Made by a program: the position numbers and the translations under genes
The notes under the pieces: generated by a model
Seen by the model: the letters and a program-made list of their open reading frames with translations, nothing else
Told to the model about the DNA's origin: nothing
The model's database searches: none
Shown here: one piece after another, positions 1 to 15,780 of the stretch
Layout: each line of letters opens with the position of its first letter
How positions within the stretch are numbered: position 1 is the stretch's first letter
NCBI RefSeq assembly: GCF_009914755.1
Contig: NC_060925.1
Origin: the human T2T-CHM13v2.0 reference genome, Homo sapiens
Strand: one strand, 5' to 3'
DNA length: 64,000 nucleotides

Positions 1-3000
1 TGTGTATATGTCACCTTGGTGCAGAGAGAGAAATTTTTCATCAGTGCTGACCTTTGATTTTTTTTTCTAGACATCTTATAGATTTATGTAGTTATTTACA
101 TGGGAAACAATTAGAATGGAAATTTAACATATCTTCAGTTTAAAATTAATTTCTGTCTAGTCTAAATATCTTTGTAAGTACTAGATACTCAATCCCATAG
201 CAGTGGCCTTTTACCAAAGGCTTAGTGCTATGACTTTTGCATACATAAAGACCTCACTTTTTAAGATATGATACACCAGAAAAAAAATATGGCAAGACTT
301 TAGCAATATGATTTGATGCCTATTTCTATATAATACCCAAATATACAGGAATAAAAATTATGGCAATCACTGGATTTTGTGTACCTGGCTCTAACCAATA
401 TTTATATTAGAAAATATCTAATTATTGTCTAAAATATTTAATCTTCATTCCTGTTTGTATGTCAGTGTGCTACTTCAATATCAGTCTGTTAAAAGAGTCT
501 AGGAATGACTACTATAAGCAGAGAATTATATGTTCAGGAATCACAACAAAAAACAAGAACAAATAGAGAAACAAAAGCTTTCCTACTCTTTCATCTAGGA
601 CAAGAATAAATACACATAAAGTCAATATTAGTGAAGTAAACAAGCATCTTCTATATCCATTCATAGTACCTTCAATTGATTGATTTCTTAACAGACAATC
701 AGCAAAATTATCAGTTTTTATTAGAGATTTTAGTAGAGACCGAGCTTAAACAAATAAATTCTATGGTGCTTAACTCTATAGTATTTAAAGATTCAATATT
801 TATTTCCTCTAAAAATGAGTCAAGTGTCTGAAAGGAAAAAGCCACCTAACTGAAACTTCAGTTTCTACTATACAGGGTATTTATTATAAAACTGTAATTA
901 CAATGCAATTATATTGAAGTATAAATGATCATCATTCATTTATTTAAGAATATAATCAAAATTTGCATACCTGGAAGAAAACCATCCACCCTCCAAAATA
1001 GGGATTTGCTAATGTAGGAGTAGAAGGCAAAAGTTGAGGGTAACTCAGGTAACACACTCATACGTATTAGGATATGAACAGCTGGTATAGCAAACTTGAT
1101 AGAAATCACTGATAGACAAGAAGACATTCTCTGCATTTTAAATTAAAGTACAATTTGTCTGTGGTCATTCAAGAGATAGTTTAGAGAAACCTATACAAAT
1201 AACAATGATGCTAAGAGACAATATCAAAATCACAATAAATATCATGGCAATACAGTGTGGCCACTATATTTTAAACACATCCACTTGATGAAAAATATAA
1301 TAATTTACTGATAAAACATATTAAGCATAATAGAAAATGAGGCAGAAACCACTCCAAGCTGGGAAACATCATGACATCTGTAGTGATAAATATTTTGAAA
1401 ATCTAACTCTATGAATCTTGTGATTTTTAGCTAAATCAATTTTCACCCTTGAGACCCAATTTCCTCATCTATAAAGTGTTGTAAGCATTAAAAGTTATAA
1501 TATTTGTGAAAATGCTTTGAAATTATGTGATACTCTGAGAAGTAAATTTTTTCATGTGAGCCCATGAAATCAGAGCACATAGCCTTTTAGCATAAACTTG
1601 ATTCCAAATGATATCTCTTCCTTTCAGACACTGTGAGCAGATAAAGGGATAGTTTAAGGTTAAGTGATAGAGGCATAATCCCTTATAGGCCTTTGAATTC
1701 TTTTAACTTTGCATTCTTTATTTCAGAGATTTTTCAGGCTTCTCCAGATTCTACAGTCTAAATAGTTTGTAAATCCACACACTTCTACTTTGCCAGGGAT
1801 TTCTTAGTGTAAAAATATCCTGAAGTCTCACCTGCCTTCAATCCTTACTGTGTCCATACCCACCATTACCAGGATAATCTTTGTAAAAGGCAGAACTTAC
1901 CTTTGTCCATTCCTCTTTTAAAAGCTCCTATTGGTAGAAAATATACTGAACCCGTGATTTGATACCAAGTATGTTTTGGCTCAACTTTTATGAAAACAAA
2001 TATTTAATTAGAATATACCAACATTTATGAGTTTTCCTTAAAGATAAATTTTGGAGGAAAAAAACTCCATTAGACCAATTTAATTCCCTGATGATTATAT
2101 ATATATTACCTAGTGAAATCCTTGGCAGTTTTTCCATTTTAATTTTAATTTTACTGAACTAATGTTTAGCAGCATCACTTTCATTTAATTTTTACAATAA
2201 CTATTAGATTCATGAATCCATTTTACCCATGTCAAGTTCTACTGAATATAGCTTATGCTTGGAATTTTCCTTTGTGATTATTACTTTTCTAAAGGTAATT
2301 CTTCTTTTCAAACAATACAGATCTAAATTTTCCAAAACCATTTAAATTCTTCTCTTTGGCCAGAAACATTTTCTGTGTGTAGTTTTGGCTACCGCTAGTT
2401 TAGTTTTTTTAATTGGTTTTGTGTCTCAATGCTACAAAAAATATAATTTATGTAATTTTTCATTTTTGTCAAACTTAAATCGGGCAATATTAACCATTCT
2501 CAATTTTTTGTTGTGTTGAAATTTCTATCAGTGACATTAATGTGGAGATTGACAGCTCTTTGAGCTAGATTCATTTTGAAATTTTAAGACTTTCGATTAT
2601 TTCTTATCTAGCCAATAGAAACTTTAGAAACACTTTTAAGACTGCTTGATAGCCTGGAATTATTATGTTTGAATTCTCATTCATTTGTATGGTATTCCTC
2701 TTATTAGCTTTCACACTTAGTACCAATTTCTTATTCATTATTGGAGCAAAAAGTAAAGAGAAGAATCAAGGTGATAAGTTTAAAATCTTCTCAATGTAAA
2801 ATAGTGTGTGGGGAAAGTGTCAAATCATCCTACTTTGGTCTTTGTGCATTTAGGAAAAATAAAAGCAATTAGCATTGCACACACATATGTAATTGAATCT
2901 CTTCAGATTTGTCTGGCTTTATCTCTAACCACTTTGTGACTCTTTTTGTAACTTGCATTTTTCTAAAAATGTGACCTTGTTTGGTCTTCCTACTGTTGGC

Positions 3001-5635
3001 CATGCTGTTTTTCCTTCTCTCCACATCTTTTTATCAATGGTGCAAATTATAAATTGTATTCAAATTTACTGTAAAGATCATGTCCTCTAGACAGCCCCTA
3101 TCCCACTTGTATAACCCTTGCTCTTCAGCCCCTTTCACACCTGCATAGGTATTCTTCTGCTGTGATGATCCTTTGAATAATTCTCTTGGAGTTCTCTTTA
3201 CCAGGCTCTCTTGCAGCAACTGGTGAGCTCATGTAGGCTATCACTGGGTCTCTGCTTATTTGCCAGTGCCTGCAGGTCCTCAGTACCTGTTTGCTGAACA
3301 AACGAATGGTCTGTCAGCTTAACCCAACTCTGTATGTAGAAGGCACTTAATAATTCTTAAAAACAATTTTGATTCTGTCCTTTTATTGTTATTTATGGGA
3401 ATTATTTATGGTAAAAATTTCTACATAATAGAAAATTTGGAAAATGTCAAGAAATAGAAGGAAAAAGAAATTGCTTAGAGCCCATGCTAACATTTTGTTT
3501 TTCTTCCTCTATCTTTTGATCACATGCTGTGTATGAAATTTCATGTTCAATTTTTTCCCAAGTAAACCTTGATTATTCTAGACAATTTGAAAAATATAGA
3601 AATGAATAGAAAAATAAGAATTTCAGGTTTCCAGTTCTCAGGATCTAAAAACTTTTTGAGTATTTCATTTGACTAGGACAACTAGATCTATTCAGTTATT
3701 TATTAACTTATTAGTTCATTTGATAAACAACTATTTTGTGAGTGTTTTCCATGTAATTTGGGCTGAGGACACCTATCCCATGAAGCCCGTATTTTCTATC
3801 AGTGGCTTCTTGGAGATGGTGTTTTAAATCTTCCAAAATCTTCATCAGCACCCCAAAACTTCCTCCTCAAAGTAACAACATACCTTGCTACAGATAATTA
3901 TTGGTGTTATCAATGTTTTATAAATTATAAATTTAAAAATCACTATCTTAAGATCTATATATAACATATTAAGTAAAACTTATATTCTTACAAGACTTCC
4001 TCCAGGTCCCTGTTACAACCAGATTTTCTTTGCAGACTTTTAAATTATGGAAGTTCTGGTGCTGCCACTGAGTTGTGTAGATTATTATTAGATATTCAAT
4101 AAATAAAGTTGGTAGATGTGAAGAGGTACTAGACAATAGTCCTATTTTGTTTTGGTTTGTTTGTTTTGTAATTTATTCTGAAAAAATGTTTATGTGGAGA
4201 GAAAAGGGAAAACATACAGAAATACACAGCACACAAACAAATTCTTACTTTTTTTTGGTAGTCTTTCTAATTTTCCAAGGTCACCAGCTAATAGCAAATG
4301 AGAGTTGTAGGGGGTGGGGTGAAGGCTGGGGTCTTAATCGGGGTCTATCTGATTCTAGATAGACCAGATTCTAGATTTTCCACTCGGTTACTCAATCTTC
4401 TTAGTGGTCAGTTTAATAACCTGGAATTTAAGACATGACTGTGTGATGATGGGCAAATCACAGCAGGACTGAATGGGAGCTGGTAATTTCTCAGAGGTTG
4501 TTTGTGTGACATATGCATGTAAGTTCATTCACCTGATTTAGCTACTTACATGAACCATTGTGCACTGAGCTGCTTCTATATCTTTAGCATATTCTGTATC
4601 TATGTAAAATTCACATAAGATTGTATGACTTTTATAAAAAACAAAAAGACATCTTTGATTAATTTGTCTTCACTATGAATACTGATGTGATGTGTTACAA
4701 TCATCCTGAAAAGGAGGCTAACAAAGGACAGGACTGAGTCTGTCTTGAGGTGAGTGATATGATGGAAAGAATGGATTTTCCCCCACCCAACTCATTTTTG
4801 ATATTACATAAAGTGAAAAACATTAAATAATTCACCAAAGTATCTAGATTTTTTTTTGTTTTTGAAGTGCAAGGGAAGTAACTTGACCTTTGTTAAACAC
4901 TTTGATCATGGAAAACACATAAGGTTCTCATCTTATTCCAGGAAGTGTAGACACTAGATAATCTTTTCATAGTCATCCAAAAAGCATATTAAGTGAACCA
5001 GGTAAATCCATCCTACACTTTTTATTCCAGAGACAAGTTGGCTAAACTTTGAGGAGACTAAAACAAAACAAAAAAAAATTATTGTTTGGTTCATTTGATA
5101 AATGTGGATTCCAATCATATAATTTAGGCCAAATATTATACTTTGACTTCTTAGACTTAGATTTCCAGATAGTCTGGTTTATAAAATAAGATTTTAACTA
5201 TGCTTACTAAACTCTATGTATTTCTACTTTCCAATGACCCATGTTCTTATTTTCTGAATTTACTTATTGATGCTTTAGGTATGATAAAGGTATGTAATGG
5301 CTAAGGAAACATAAATGAAGCATAAGACATCAGTTGAGAGTTTTGACGGAAAGGAAGTGGTGATATGAAGGAAACAGATAAACCAAAGAAAAAGGAAAAG
5401 GTCAGGGAGCTGATAAAAGTAACTTGAAGAAACTTTAGTGCAAATGTTGGATTCAGACAATCGCTACTTTTAAAGTACTTAAAGAAGTCAGTCTTTGAAA
5501 TCTTGCCCGTATTCCATTCCAGTTTCATCATTGGAGACTTCCAATGATGAAAAATTGGGGAAGAATTACCTTCCAAAGCCTCAGTTTCCTCGTGTGTAAA
5601 ATGGAAATAATAGCAAGAGATATTAAATGAGATGA

Positions 5636-6786
5636 TTCACTCATCGATTCATCAATTGTTTATAGAGCCCCTGCTAAGCTAAAAACTGTTTTAAGTGTTG
5701 ACACAGTGGTAAAGAAAGCAGAAAGTGTAACTACTTTTATGAAACTGACTTCCTAGTGGTGAGAGATAACAAGAAAACAAACAACAAATTGAGATAACTT
5801 CAGTTATAGATAAATGCTGTGAAGAAAATTAAGTAGTGTAATATGGTAGAGTTTAATCTGGCCAGACCCAGATTTAGGGGTGAATGCACTTTTAGACAGA
5901 GTGATCGGGGAAGATCCTTATGAAGAAGAATCATTGAGCTACCTGTTGGCTGACAAGAATATGGGGATCCATGTGAGGGAGACTGGCAAGAGTAAAGGTT
6001 ATCTGGCAAAACCAAACAAATTGGTAGGTTCGAGGCACAGAAAGGTCAGGCATCTGTAGTATGGTGAGTAAGAACTGAGCAGGTTGTGGTGAGGCTAGAA
6101 AGATAAGCAGAAGGCAGGTCCCACAGGGCCTTGATGGAAATGGAAAGAGCTTGAATTTTACCTGAAGTATAAAGGGAAGGAACCATTTTAAGTTCTTAAG
6201 TACAGAATAACCTAATCTTCTTTCTGTGTTGAAGAGATCACTTTGACTGTTATGAAGAGAATAGATTGGAAGTAAGGCAAAGCCTGGAAGCAGTTATGAG
6301 GAGACTGAATGGGAGGATGGAGAAAGGGGATGGTGATCTGGACCAAGTGTTGGCAGTGCAGGTGGAAAGAAAGGAAAGACTGACATAGAATTAAGAGAAG
6401 TGGCTGCATGGAAAAGACAAAGACATTTTAGAGAATGACTTTTTTTCCCCATGAGCACTGGGATGGGAAAGAGCCAAATTAGGGGGTCGGAAATCCAGAG
6501 TTATGTTTGGGCTGTTATTGATGTCTGATTTTCATTAGGTGGTAGAGAGGTCAAGAAATCCATTGGAGATAAGAGGCTGAGGCCCATTCAGTAGGTCTCA
6601 ACTGGAGACATAAACATAGGAGTCATTGCATTCAGATGGAGCTTAAAGCTAAGGGACTGCATGTGACAGTGTAAATAAACATGTAGAGAGGAGCAGATGA
6701 CTGGTTTCTGAGCCTTGGGAAACTTCATATTTGGAAGAGACACAAGGAGGAGCTAGGAAAAGATAGTGAGAAGAGGTAGCCAGTGA
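5636..6786 (-). mobile_element. L2 fragment (3' part)
   Basis: Starts with the ttcactcatcgattcatcaa L2 tail, followed by the typical purine-rich L2 antisense body. Boundaries approximate. Confidence 0.65.
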
Positions 6787-7220
6787 AAAAAAGTAGAACT
6801 ATACTTTGCTTTGAATGTTGAAAAGGGTTGGCATTATAGTGAGAATTCAGTAAATTCCACATAAAAATCTGAATTTATGTCTCCCCTAGAAAGGTTGGTT
6901 GTGAACATGCAATTGGTAAATATCTCTATTAACTTTAATATTGTTACAAAAGTAATATTAAGGAATTTATAATATTTGGAAGAATTAGATGTCTTTACCT
7001 AATATATCCCTTGCTAGCTTAACAATTAGAAAAAGAAAGAGGTACATCTTAACATAATTTGTTTTAATAAAAACTACAGAATATATTGAGAGACTAAAGA
7101 ATTAGAAATTTAACTGAAAATTTCATGCAAAGGTAATGCTCTGTTGAACCATTTTGTAGCTTATGTTTTGTTTTGATACATATTTTAAAATATTGTTTAA
7201 GACAATACTTGAACAGATTG

Positions 7221-7224
<4 letters not shown>

Positions 7225-7260
<36 letters not shown>
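7225..7260 (+). repeat. (TG)18 microsatellite
   Basis: Perfect dinucleotide run. Confidence 0.97.
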
Positions 7261-7263
<3 letters not shown>

Positions 7264-10200
7264 TGGTTAAATAACTGGTTTATTTTTAAACTGAAATTAA
7301 ACCTTCCATTTCTTTGAGAAATTTAAAAAGTAGTTGTTATCAATGTGGCAGATATTAGGTAGAATCTAATATTGTGAAAATTAAACTGCACATAAATAGA
7401 TATAAATCCTTTTGTCAGTGTGTGTATATCTCTGTGTGTAATTTTGATCTCAGGCTTGGCAGGTTTCCTTAAAACTTTTTTTTAGAGCTACTTAATTTTG
7501 TACTTACTGGTGGTTAGCTAATAAGAAAAAGCTAATAAAAAATAGTGCTTACTCTGTGCCAGGCACTTCTGTTAACATTTTATAAATGTTATCTCATTTA
7601 ACAAGCTCATGTCATTGTATAGTCTAGCTTATACTTGTCTTTAACATAAGCAAATTTGTTAATTTGTGTTTCCTGATATTATCATAAAATTTACTGGTTG
7701 TCATATCCTAAAAGGGAATAGTTCAATTTAATTTTCCTTGTTCTAATTTTAAATACAGTACTAAGGTTGAGAAAGAAGGGGTCAGGAAAGGGAAGTAACA
7801 TTGAGTGTCTCGTGTGCCTGGCACTCCATATGATGCTTCAATGCACACCAGGCTATTCAGCCTCAGATTTGTTTCTACATTGCTTCTAGTTCTACAGATT
7901 ATTCAACGAATGTACAATCCTTGGTCACTAGTCTTAATAGGGAAAACAGAATTATGGTTAAAACAAAAGAGTAAGTAACTTAAATATGATCTATCGGTAT
8001 TTATTTTGTATTATGATATTTTGCTTAAGTTGAAAAAAGGGCGCATCAGGTGTTTTGGCAGTTTACTGTGATCTCAATAGTGAGAATGTATTGAAAAATC
8101 TCAGTACAGGAGAAAGCTGTGCAGCTTTCTCTTCCTGTCGCTGCTTAATTTTCATGTAGATATAAAGCCGCAGTTTAAGCACATCTGCTTAATCCTTATT
8201 TAAAAGACTAGGAGAGAACTAGAAAGGGAGGGAGGGAGAGGAGGGGAAGGGGGAAGAGATTGAGAGAAATCTCTCCCATATAACACAAACACTGTATTAG
8301 TGTGTGAGAAGCAGATAATCGTGCATGTAGGCACTATCATTTGTGAAATCAGAAAGCATAATTTACTCCCAATGCTGAATAATCTAGTTGTGTGTAAGCA
8401 CCAGAGAGATATTTAAATACCTATCCAATAAAAGATAATAAAAGCCTAGCAAACCTAAGTAATCCATTTTCAGATGTTAATCCAATTACGTAAACAAATA
8501 TTACCCTTTTTTTTTTTTTGGTCATTGTTTCAAGGATAAAGTGTAAATGAAAGAAATAGCATTCCATCTAGGTAAAAGAGGAATCAGCATCATTGAAATG
8601 TGAATAGCTGTGATTCCTCCTTGCTGAATGGTAACTTTAGAAGAGAGGGAACCCAGGAGTCCATCCAGAGGCTCAAGGAATAAGAGGTTCTCACCCATAG
8701 GAAGATGAAAAATACTTTCAGGGTGACCCATGAGGGAAAATCACCAAAGCCTTTGAAATAAAAGATTTTCCCTTTTCTAAGAATAAAAGATGGTGTTATG
8801 TCAAGGGCGGCTCGATGGTGTGGATGAAAGAACTATTGGGAATGGCTACTGAGAGATCAAAGGCAAGTGGAACCTCAAAATTCTGGAAGTGTAACAAGTC
8901 AGATACAATATAAGAAGTACTTCAAAGGCAAGAAAATAAGAATAATAAAAATACCTTTAGTTGTCAAATGTAAAATTTGTGCCAGTTTTGTCACATTCCA
9001 TTTTTCAGGAACACTGTAAAGGTATTTTCTATTAATATCAATTTAACTGTACATATCTTCCCATCTATCTTAATTAGTCACTTTTCAAGAACAAATGTGT
9101 TATGCTCAAAGCATCCAAAGGACTTTTTTGTTAGCCTTAATAAAATGCTTTCTCTTAAACTAAATTTTAATTTAGTTTACATGTCTACGTATAAGGTGGT
9201 TATAGAAAATGAATGTAAAATCACTTCATTAAGTGTAACAAAACAAAATAATATGAGGAATTGTTATACTGTTTAAGCATTTGAAAAACTATAAAGGAGT
9301 ATAGAAATTTTGTTACCACTACTATGATTAGTTTCTCATTTGGTTTTTCACTTTAAGAATTGGAATAAAAGTTGAAATCTTGATTAAAAAAACAAGAAAT
9401 GATTCACAAATTATTTTACAAATTGAAATACTGAAATACAGAATGTTCAACCACTGTCAACATGAACTTCTATTCTGTAATTAATCTATTCTATAAACAT
9501 CTGTATTTGCTAAAGAGCAACAGATCAAGGAAAAGAAAAAATAATCCTTGCCATCCATAGAGCCATGATTTTTGTGGAATCTTCGCTCCAGTTTAAGTTT
9601 TGTCAGTGTCTGGAAGAAAATACTTCCCATGGATCATCTTTTTGCTAAAGAGTATTCTTTACATTTTAAAACATATGAATATTTACATAAAGGTGTTTGT
9701 GGAAAAGGAAATTATGTGCCTTTTATTTTAATTCACCCATTATTCTATTCCACATGTAAAGTAGAAAATATTACTTTAAGACAAAAGTAAAGCATTATTT
9801 ATTTAAAGATCTATTTTGTCCATGAATTTTATCAGAGGTAACGCTTCTTAATGTTATTCAGTGCCATAACTTGCCTTTTTTCTAGGCCTCCATTTTATGA
9901 ACTGAACATCTGGATTTGATGGCAAGAAAACATTTCCTTCCGCTGGCTTTTCTAATAACTCCCTCTTACAGATATGCATGCCTCATGTTTGTTAATAAAA
10001 TTGACGTGATTTTAATATCTGGTATTTTAACACACTGTGAATTATGGAATTTTCAGTGGCTTTATTTAATTAAATGCATTTTAAAATCCTTACAAAAAAA
10101 TATTAAGAGTAACTCTAAAATGTATTAGAGCCACAGATGTTTTCCTTTATAGTGTTAATTGATTTAAGGTCCATCAAAATGCTGTTAAAATGTCTAGAGG

Positions 10201-11595
10201 TTAACAATAACAGTGGCACATGGGTCAGATTAAAATTCTTTTTGAGTAAAATAAATAAATAAATGACAGCTTATTTTCTTCTGATTTAAAAAAATTAGCT
10301 AGTGGATTGAAACAACAATGTGATAGCTAAGATTTCATTCTCTCACTTTATAATGAAAGGAGATTTAAAATTAGGGATTATATGGTACACGAAAAATTTA
10401 TATACACAGATTACAAGTACTAGTTTTTTTAGTGAAGAAAATACAACTATATATTTTCTCTTTTTATCTGTTGTCCTATTTTACAATTGTAGCAATTAAT
10501 CTGCCAAACTCTTTAATCAATAAAATATGGTATTTAACAACCAAATTTGGCCCCTCCCTCCCCTTAAATATATTTCCAATGCTCCTTGCTCCATTTTAAA
10601 CCTGCTGTCCTTTATAAGAGAATAATATATTTTGTAATTTGAGAAAATCATGCAAAGGAAAGTTTCTCAAAATTCACATTAATATGTAATAATAGTAATA
10701 AATATGTATAACCATAATATCTTAGAATTTTACAATATTTTATAGAAAACATGAATATTAAAGTGAAAATTTAAACACATCAATTTTTCATGTTAAAATT
10801 ACTAAGAATGAACTACAGATTCATGAATACTAAGGGCAACTTTTATCTCAGGAAATATATCAGTGGACTGAAAATGTCAAATCAATTCAATTAAATCAGT
10901 AATAACACTTTGCTGTTTATGTGGCTGTTTTTTCTTCTATTTTTATTGTCTTAGATTGCATGGATACAATCAAAATAAGTTAATTTGTATACAGGATATA
11001 AATGGACCAGAGAATGTGTCTTCTATTAAATAATAACAAATAAGAATACCTTTTATTTTGTGATGGTCTTTACTATTTACTGAGAGACAAGTATTGTTCA
11101 AGTTGCCGTTTTTTTTTAATTAGCTGACATATTTCCTGCTTTTATTTGAGTTAGAATTCCTGTACCAAACATTTTAAAAAGAGAAAAAAAATTAAAGAAA
11201 GAGAAAAGGAATTTGGAAACTACTATAATGTAAAGTAGCATTATTTATACAACAATTAATTTTAGAGAAGCAAGAGACCTTAGAAATAATCTATTTCAAC
11301 GCATCTATTTTACAAAAAAGAAAATTGAAACTCATAGATATTTAGTGACTTGTCCTTTGTTACACCAAAAATGAGGGAACTTGGTCTAGAATTCCTCCAG
11401 CATATTATGAGGTATTTGTTCTGTGGCCTGATACAATGAAATGAATGTTGGATTAGGCATTTTGGGACAAGTTTTGAATCCTAACTCTATTACTAATTCC
11501 TCTTCACTAGACTGAGATTCTGGTATGTGGTATTCAATAAGTGACTTGACTTCTTTAAGCCTTGGTTTCTTTTTCAGTGAGATTTACAGCTTAGA

Positions 11596-11815
11596 CTAGT
11601 TTCTGAATCTTGACCCTGTGGACAATCTAGTTGGAGAACTGAGATGACCTGGGCATTGTAGGATGTTTAGCAACATTCCTGCCTCTGTAAACTAGACACA
11701 GCAGCACATTTACCCAACCTGCTCTGACTGTGACAACCAGAAATGTCTCCAGGCATTGCCAAATGTCAACTGAGGGCAAAATTGCCTACCCTAGCCACCT
11801 TAACTGAAAACTACA
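11596..11815 (-). mobile_element. MER20 (hAT-Charlie DNA transposon relic)
   Basis: gcattgtaggatgtttagcaacattcct...gtgacaaccagaaatgtctccaggcattgccaaatgtc...gggcaaaattgcc. Confidence 0.8.
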
Positions 11816-14800
11816 AACTTCATTGAAATAATTTCTTTATGGCTCCCAGCAGTAACACTGTGCTATTCTAGACCAGTTGGTTAAACTACTGGATGCTTCA
11901 TCAGAAAGCACCCACTAAGCATCACTCACCATGAAGTTCGTTGGGTACTCTATACAATGAACAAAGGAGATACCACATAATTTTTAAAAAACTTAAAAGA
12001 TTCACAGGTGAGAATTTTGTAGTAACAATTAAGTATTAACTATTAGAAAAATTTAAGAAGTTTTAACAAAATGATATAAAAATATATTCACTATAAGTAG
12101 GATGTAATTTTTGTCCTGTAAGAGTTATCCATGTATTTACGAATTGTACCTACCAGAGGTTACAAAAATTTGGTCATTATTTGAAAGATTAACAGGGACT
12201 TATTTCCAATCATAGATGTTCACTATACTATTCTAAGACATTTGCAACTGTGTAAGGCAGTCATTTCCAGTAAGAATTGCTAGAACAAACATTAAGCATT
12301 TCACAGTGAAAAGGGTCATAGGTATATTTTCATCCTTTGCGTATAGAAGAAATAGCAATCTATTATTCTCAGTTTTTGACTTAAAAGGTATTGTTGCTTC
12401 CCTTTCTTTCCCTCCCCTACTCAATTTTTTGCCCATGGATCCAGATACCTACAAGGGCCTAATACAGGGAAAGTGCACTGTGTATGAGCTATGAAGGCAC
12501 AATGGAAGCTTGCCTGGCAATCAGTGCCAGAACAGACAGCTAGTCTGATGAATTCTGCTACACATCACAGGGCTACTAGTTTTTTGTTTTTTGTTTTTTT
12601 TTTTTTGTCATACATTACTGCAAGTTCCCTGAGGAAGTTTACTGATCTGTAGTTTTACGAGAAATGCACGTCATGGAGGTGGCGTGGGGGAGCGGGTGAA
12701 CAAGGAAACTTTAGTTGCTATAAAACAGGAGCTGAGAGCTCAAGCAGGTTGGTTATGTTCTGCCAGATGGAGATAAAACTGTGGCAGCCACATCCTGTGA
12801 CTAGAAATTGTTTAAGTAGGCAGACCTGTTGGAGGACTAAAGAACATTAGGCAAGGAGATTAAATTAGTGTAGGAAAAAAAATCAGTTTTGTTTAAAACG
12901 AAATATCTACTTGTGTTAATAGAACATTCTAACTCCACCATAGGATGGAATCAAGAGGTTTTTTTTTTAATACATATAGTGTATATATATAAATATATAT
13001 ATACACACACACACACTGTATGTATTCCTATGTAGATTAAATATTTTGATTTACCTCTTTCTAGTAAAGCAAAGTTCATTCTGAAATCCAAAATATTCAC
13101 TTACTAGAGCAGAAAAAAATTAGCTGTGCATTTATGCTGATCACAGTGTAGATAATTAATCTTTAAGAAAGTAGGTTTTTCTGTTTATAGTTGATAAAGT
13201 GTTAGTGGCAAGAACTTTTTCTGTTATTGAATATTATCATCAGATTACTCGTGCTTTCCATTTTATTCCTTTAAAAAAATCCAACTTTTGTAAGCCACCA
13301 CTATTTTCTGAAGATTTTATTTCTCTCTAAGCTAAGAAAGGATGTCAAGAATAAACCATTTTCTCCTTTTAAATAAAAATGCATTCACTATAGATATTCA
13401 TTTGAAATCTCAAACATACCTGAATTAAGTATACTCAGTTTTGTGAGTGAAAATTAATTATTATTTAAAACAAAACAAAACAAAAAAAATGTTCAGTGTT
13501 TTCATTTTACTTCTCTTGCTGCTTTTGGGCTCTGACTGGGCCCGGAAGCAGAAGTTGCAAAACATTATGAGAAAACTTTTGCTCTTTTCTTTTTTTTCTT
13601 CAATCTCCACCCATATGGAAATACCAGAAATCTGAAACCCCATTCTTGCTAAATATTCTTCTCAGGATTGTATCTCTACTGCAGGTCTTCTATGACGTTT
13701 TACAGCTGGCCTCTTTCCATTCAGAATTGCTGTTCATCTTTGAATGTCTCTGCTTTACTCCTGAATGAACACAAACACATTTTTTTTAGGTTTCTTGTTG
13801 ACATTGGCTTTCTTTATAGCCCATAAAAAATGCATTTGTGGCATCTCTTCCACAGACAAAAATAGTATAATTATGATTCAATACTCGATGAATGTGTGTT
13901 AAACTAAACTGTGCCCAAGCTCTGTGCAACAGTACAGGTTTTTCACCTTTCCAGGGGAGAGTTGTGGAGCACATATACATTTCAGCCATCCTACATGCCC
14001 ACAGGGACATCTTTCTGGTCTGTCTCATTGGAATACCCTTCCTTATTTGGTTTTTAGTTTCTTTCTGCTTTAAGCACCTTTCAGAGAGAGAGAGATGTTT
14101 TCCTTTGTCTTTGTATAGGCAGTGCCTATCGTTACAGAGTAGCCTTTAAATACATATTTGTTGAATTAATAATGATACACATGAACTGATGAGGCTCTAT
14201 AATTCTATGAGATAATCTGGTATCGTGGGAATATTTTAGCATGTTTTGTATAGATAGACTGACACTATGACTGGTAATCTGATAGTAAAAATGGCAAAAT
14301 ATTGAGCCTGAGTATTATTTTATTATGTTGCTTTCTTATACAAGGAGGGAATAAAATAAAGTGATGTGGACTGTAATTGTGCTCATGAAAGACACAATGT
14401 ATACATACCTCCTTGAGACGGAATGATAAGGATAACGTAGAATGTTTACCATGATTTATCAATCTCTCCTATATAAGAAAAATATTTCTTGTCCTGAAGT
14501 GGTAACTTTGGTGAAGTCTTTTGCTTGCTCTTTTACAGACTAATTAACAAGTTTTCTATGCCGGCTCTGTCCTTTCCTCTCCTCTCACCCCTGAAAAGTG
14601 GTTAAAAGTTTGGCATTTGTTACCCAGAATACTAAATGTAACACATATGTGGCAAGATTTGATGGAATTGCACTTCTGTTCTTATTATGTTCCTTTCTGG
14701 AAAATTATGACAATTTGTGTCCCCTTAGAGAGTGTAGCACAGTTTTCTGGTTGCTCCTCATGATAATCCAAAAAAAAAAATCCAGCTAACCCTTACCTTT

Positions 14801-15450
14801 TAGAGTAAGAATCTTTAGAAGAAAGAGTGCTTTCATCAAATCATTTGAGAACGTTAAGTTGAATAACTGATACGGTACTACCCTACAGACATGCGCAGGA
14901 AGTATCTGCATTTCTGTGGCGTTCTGCTAAGGAAAAGAATTTTCTTTCCAGACAAGATTTTTCAAAATCATATTTTAAAAATATCTTAATGATGAATTTG
15001 AAGTTGAGAACCAACTTATTTCAAGTAAAATTAAAATTTTGAGAGATAAGAGAATATACTTTTTTTAAGGTTAGAACTCAGAGGCCATTATGACAATTAA
15101 TGGGCTAGTGGAGACACCTGGTCTCTAAGAAGGAGACACCAGCTTCTTCATGTTTTGATTTCTGCCTTGTTCTCTTGTCTGTCACCACTAGACACATACT
15201 ATTTTATAGTAATTACTTGCATATTTTGTAGAAAAGGCAGCTGTGTTTTCTACAAATATTTCACAAATGTTAGTATTGCTCTATGCCAAGGAACAGAAGA
15301 CAAATTTGTGGAAAAGATACATGTGGCCCCTCCCCAGGTGGGATTTCTTGTGTAGGCCCCATGCAGTGGAGGGACAGAGGGGGCCAGTGCTCATTTTGAG
15401 GACACGATAGTTCGGACTGTCTGAGGAAATCCACAGTGTGTGTTTAATGA

Positions 15451-15780
<330 letters not shown>

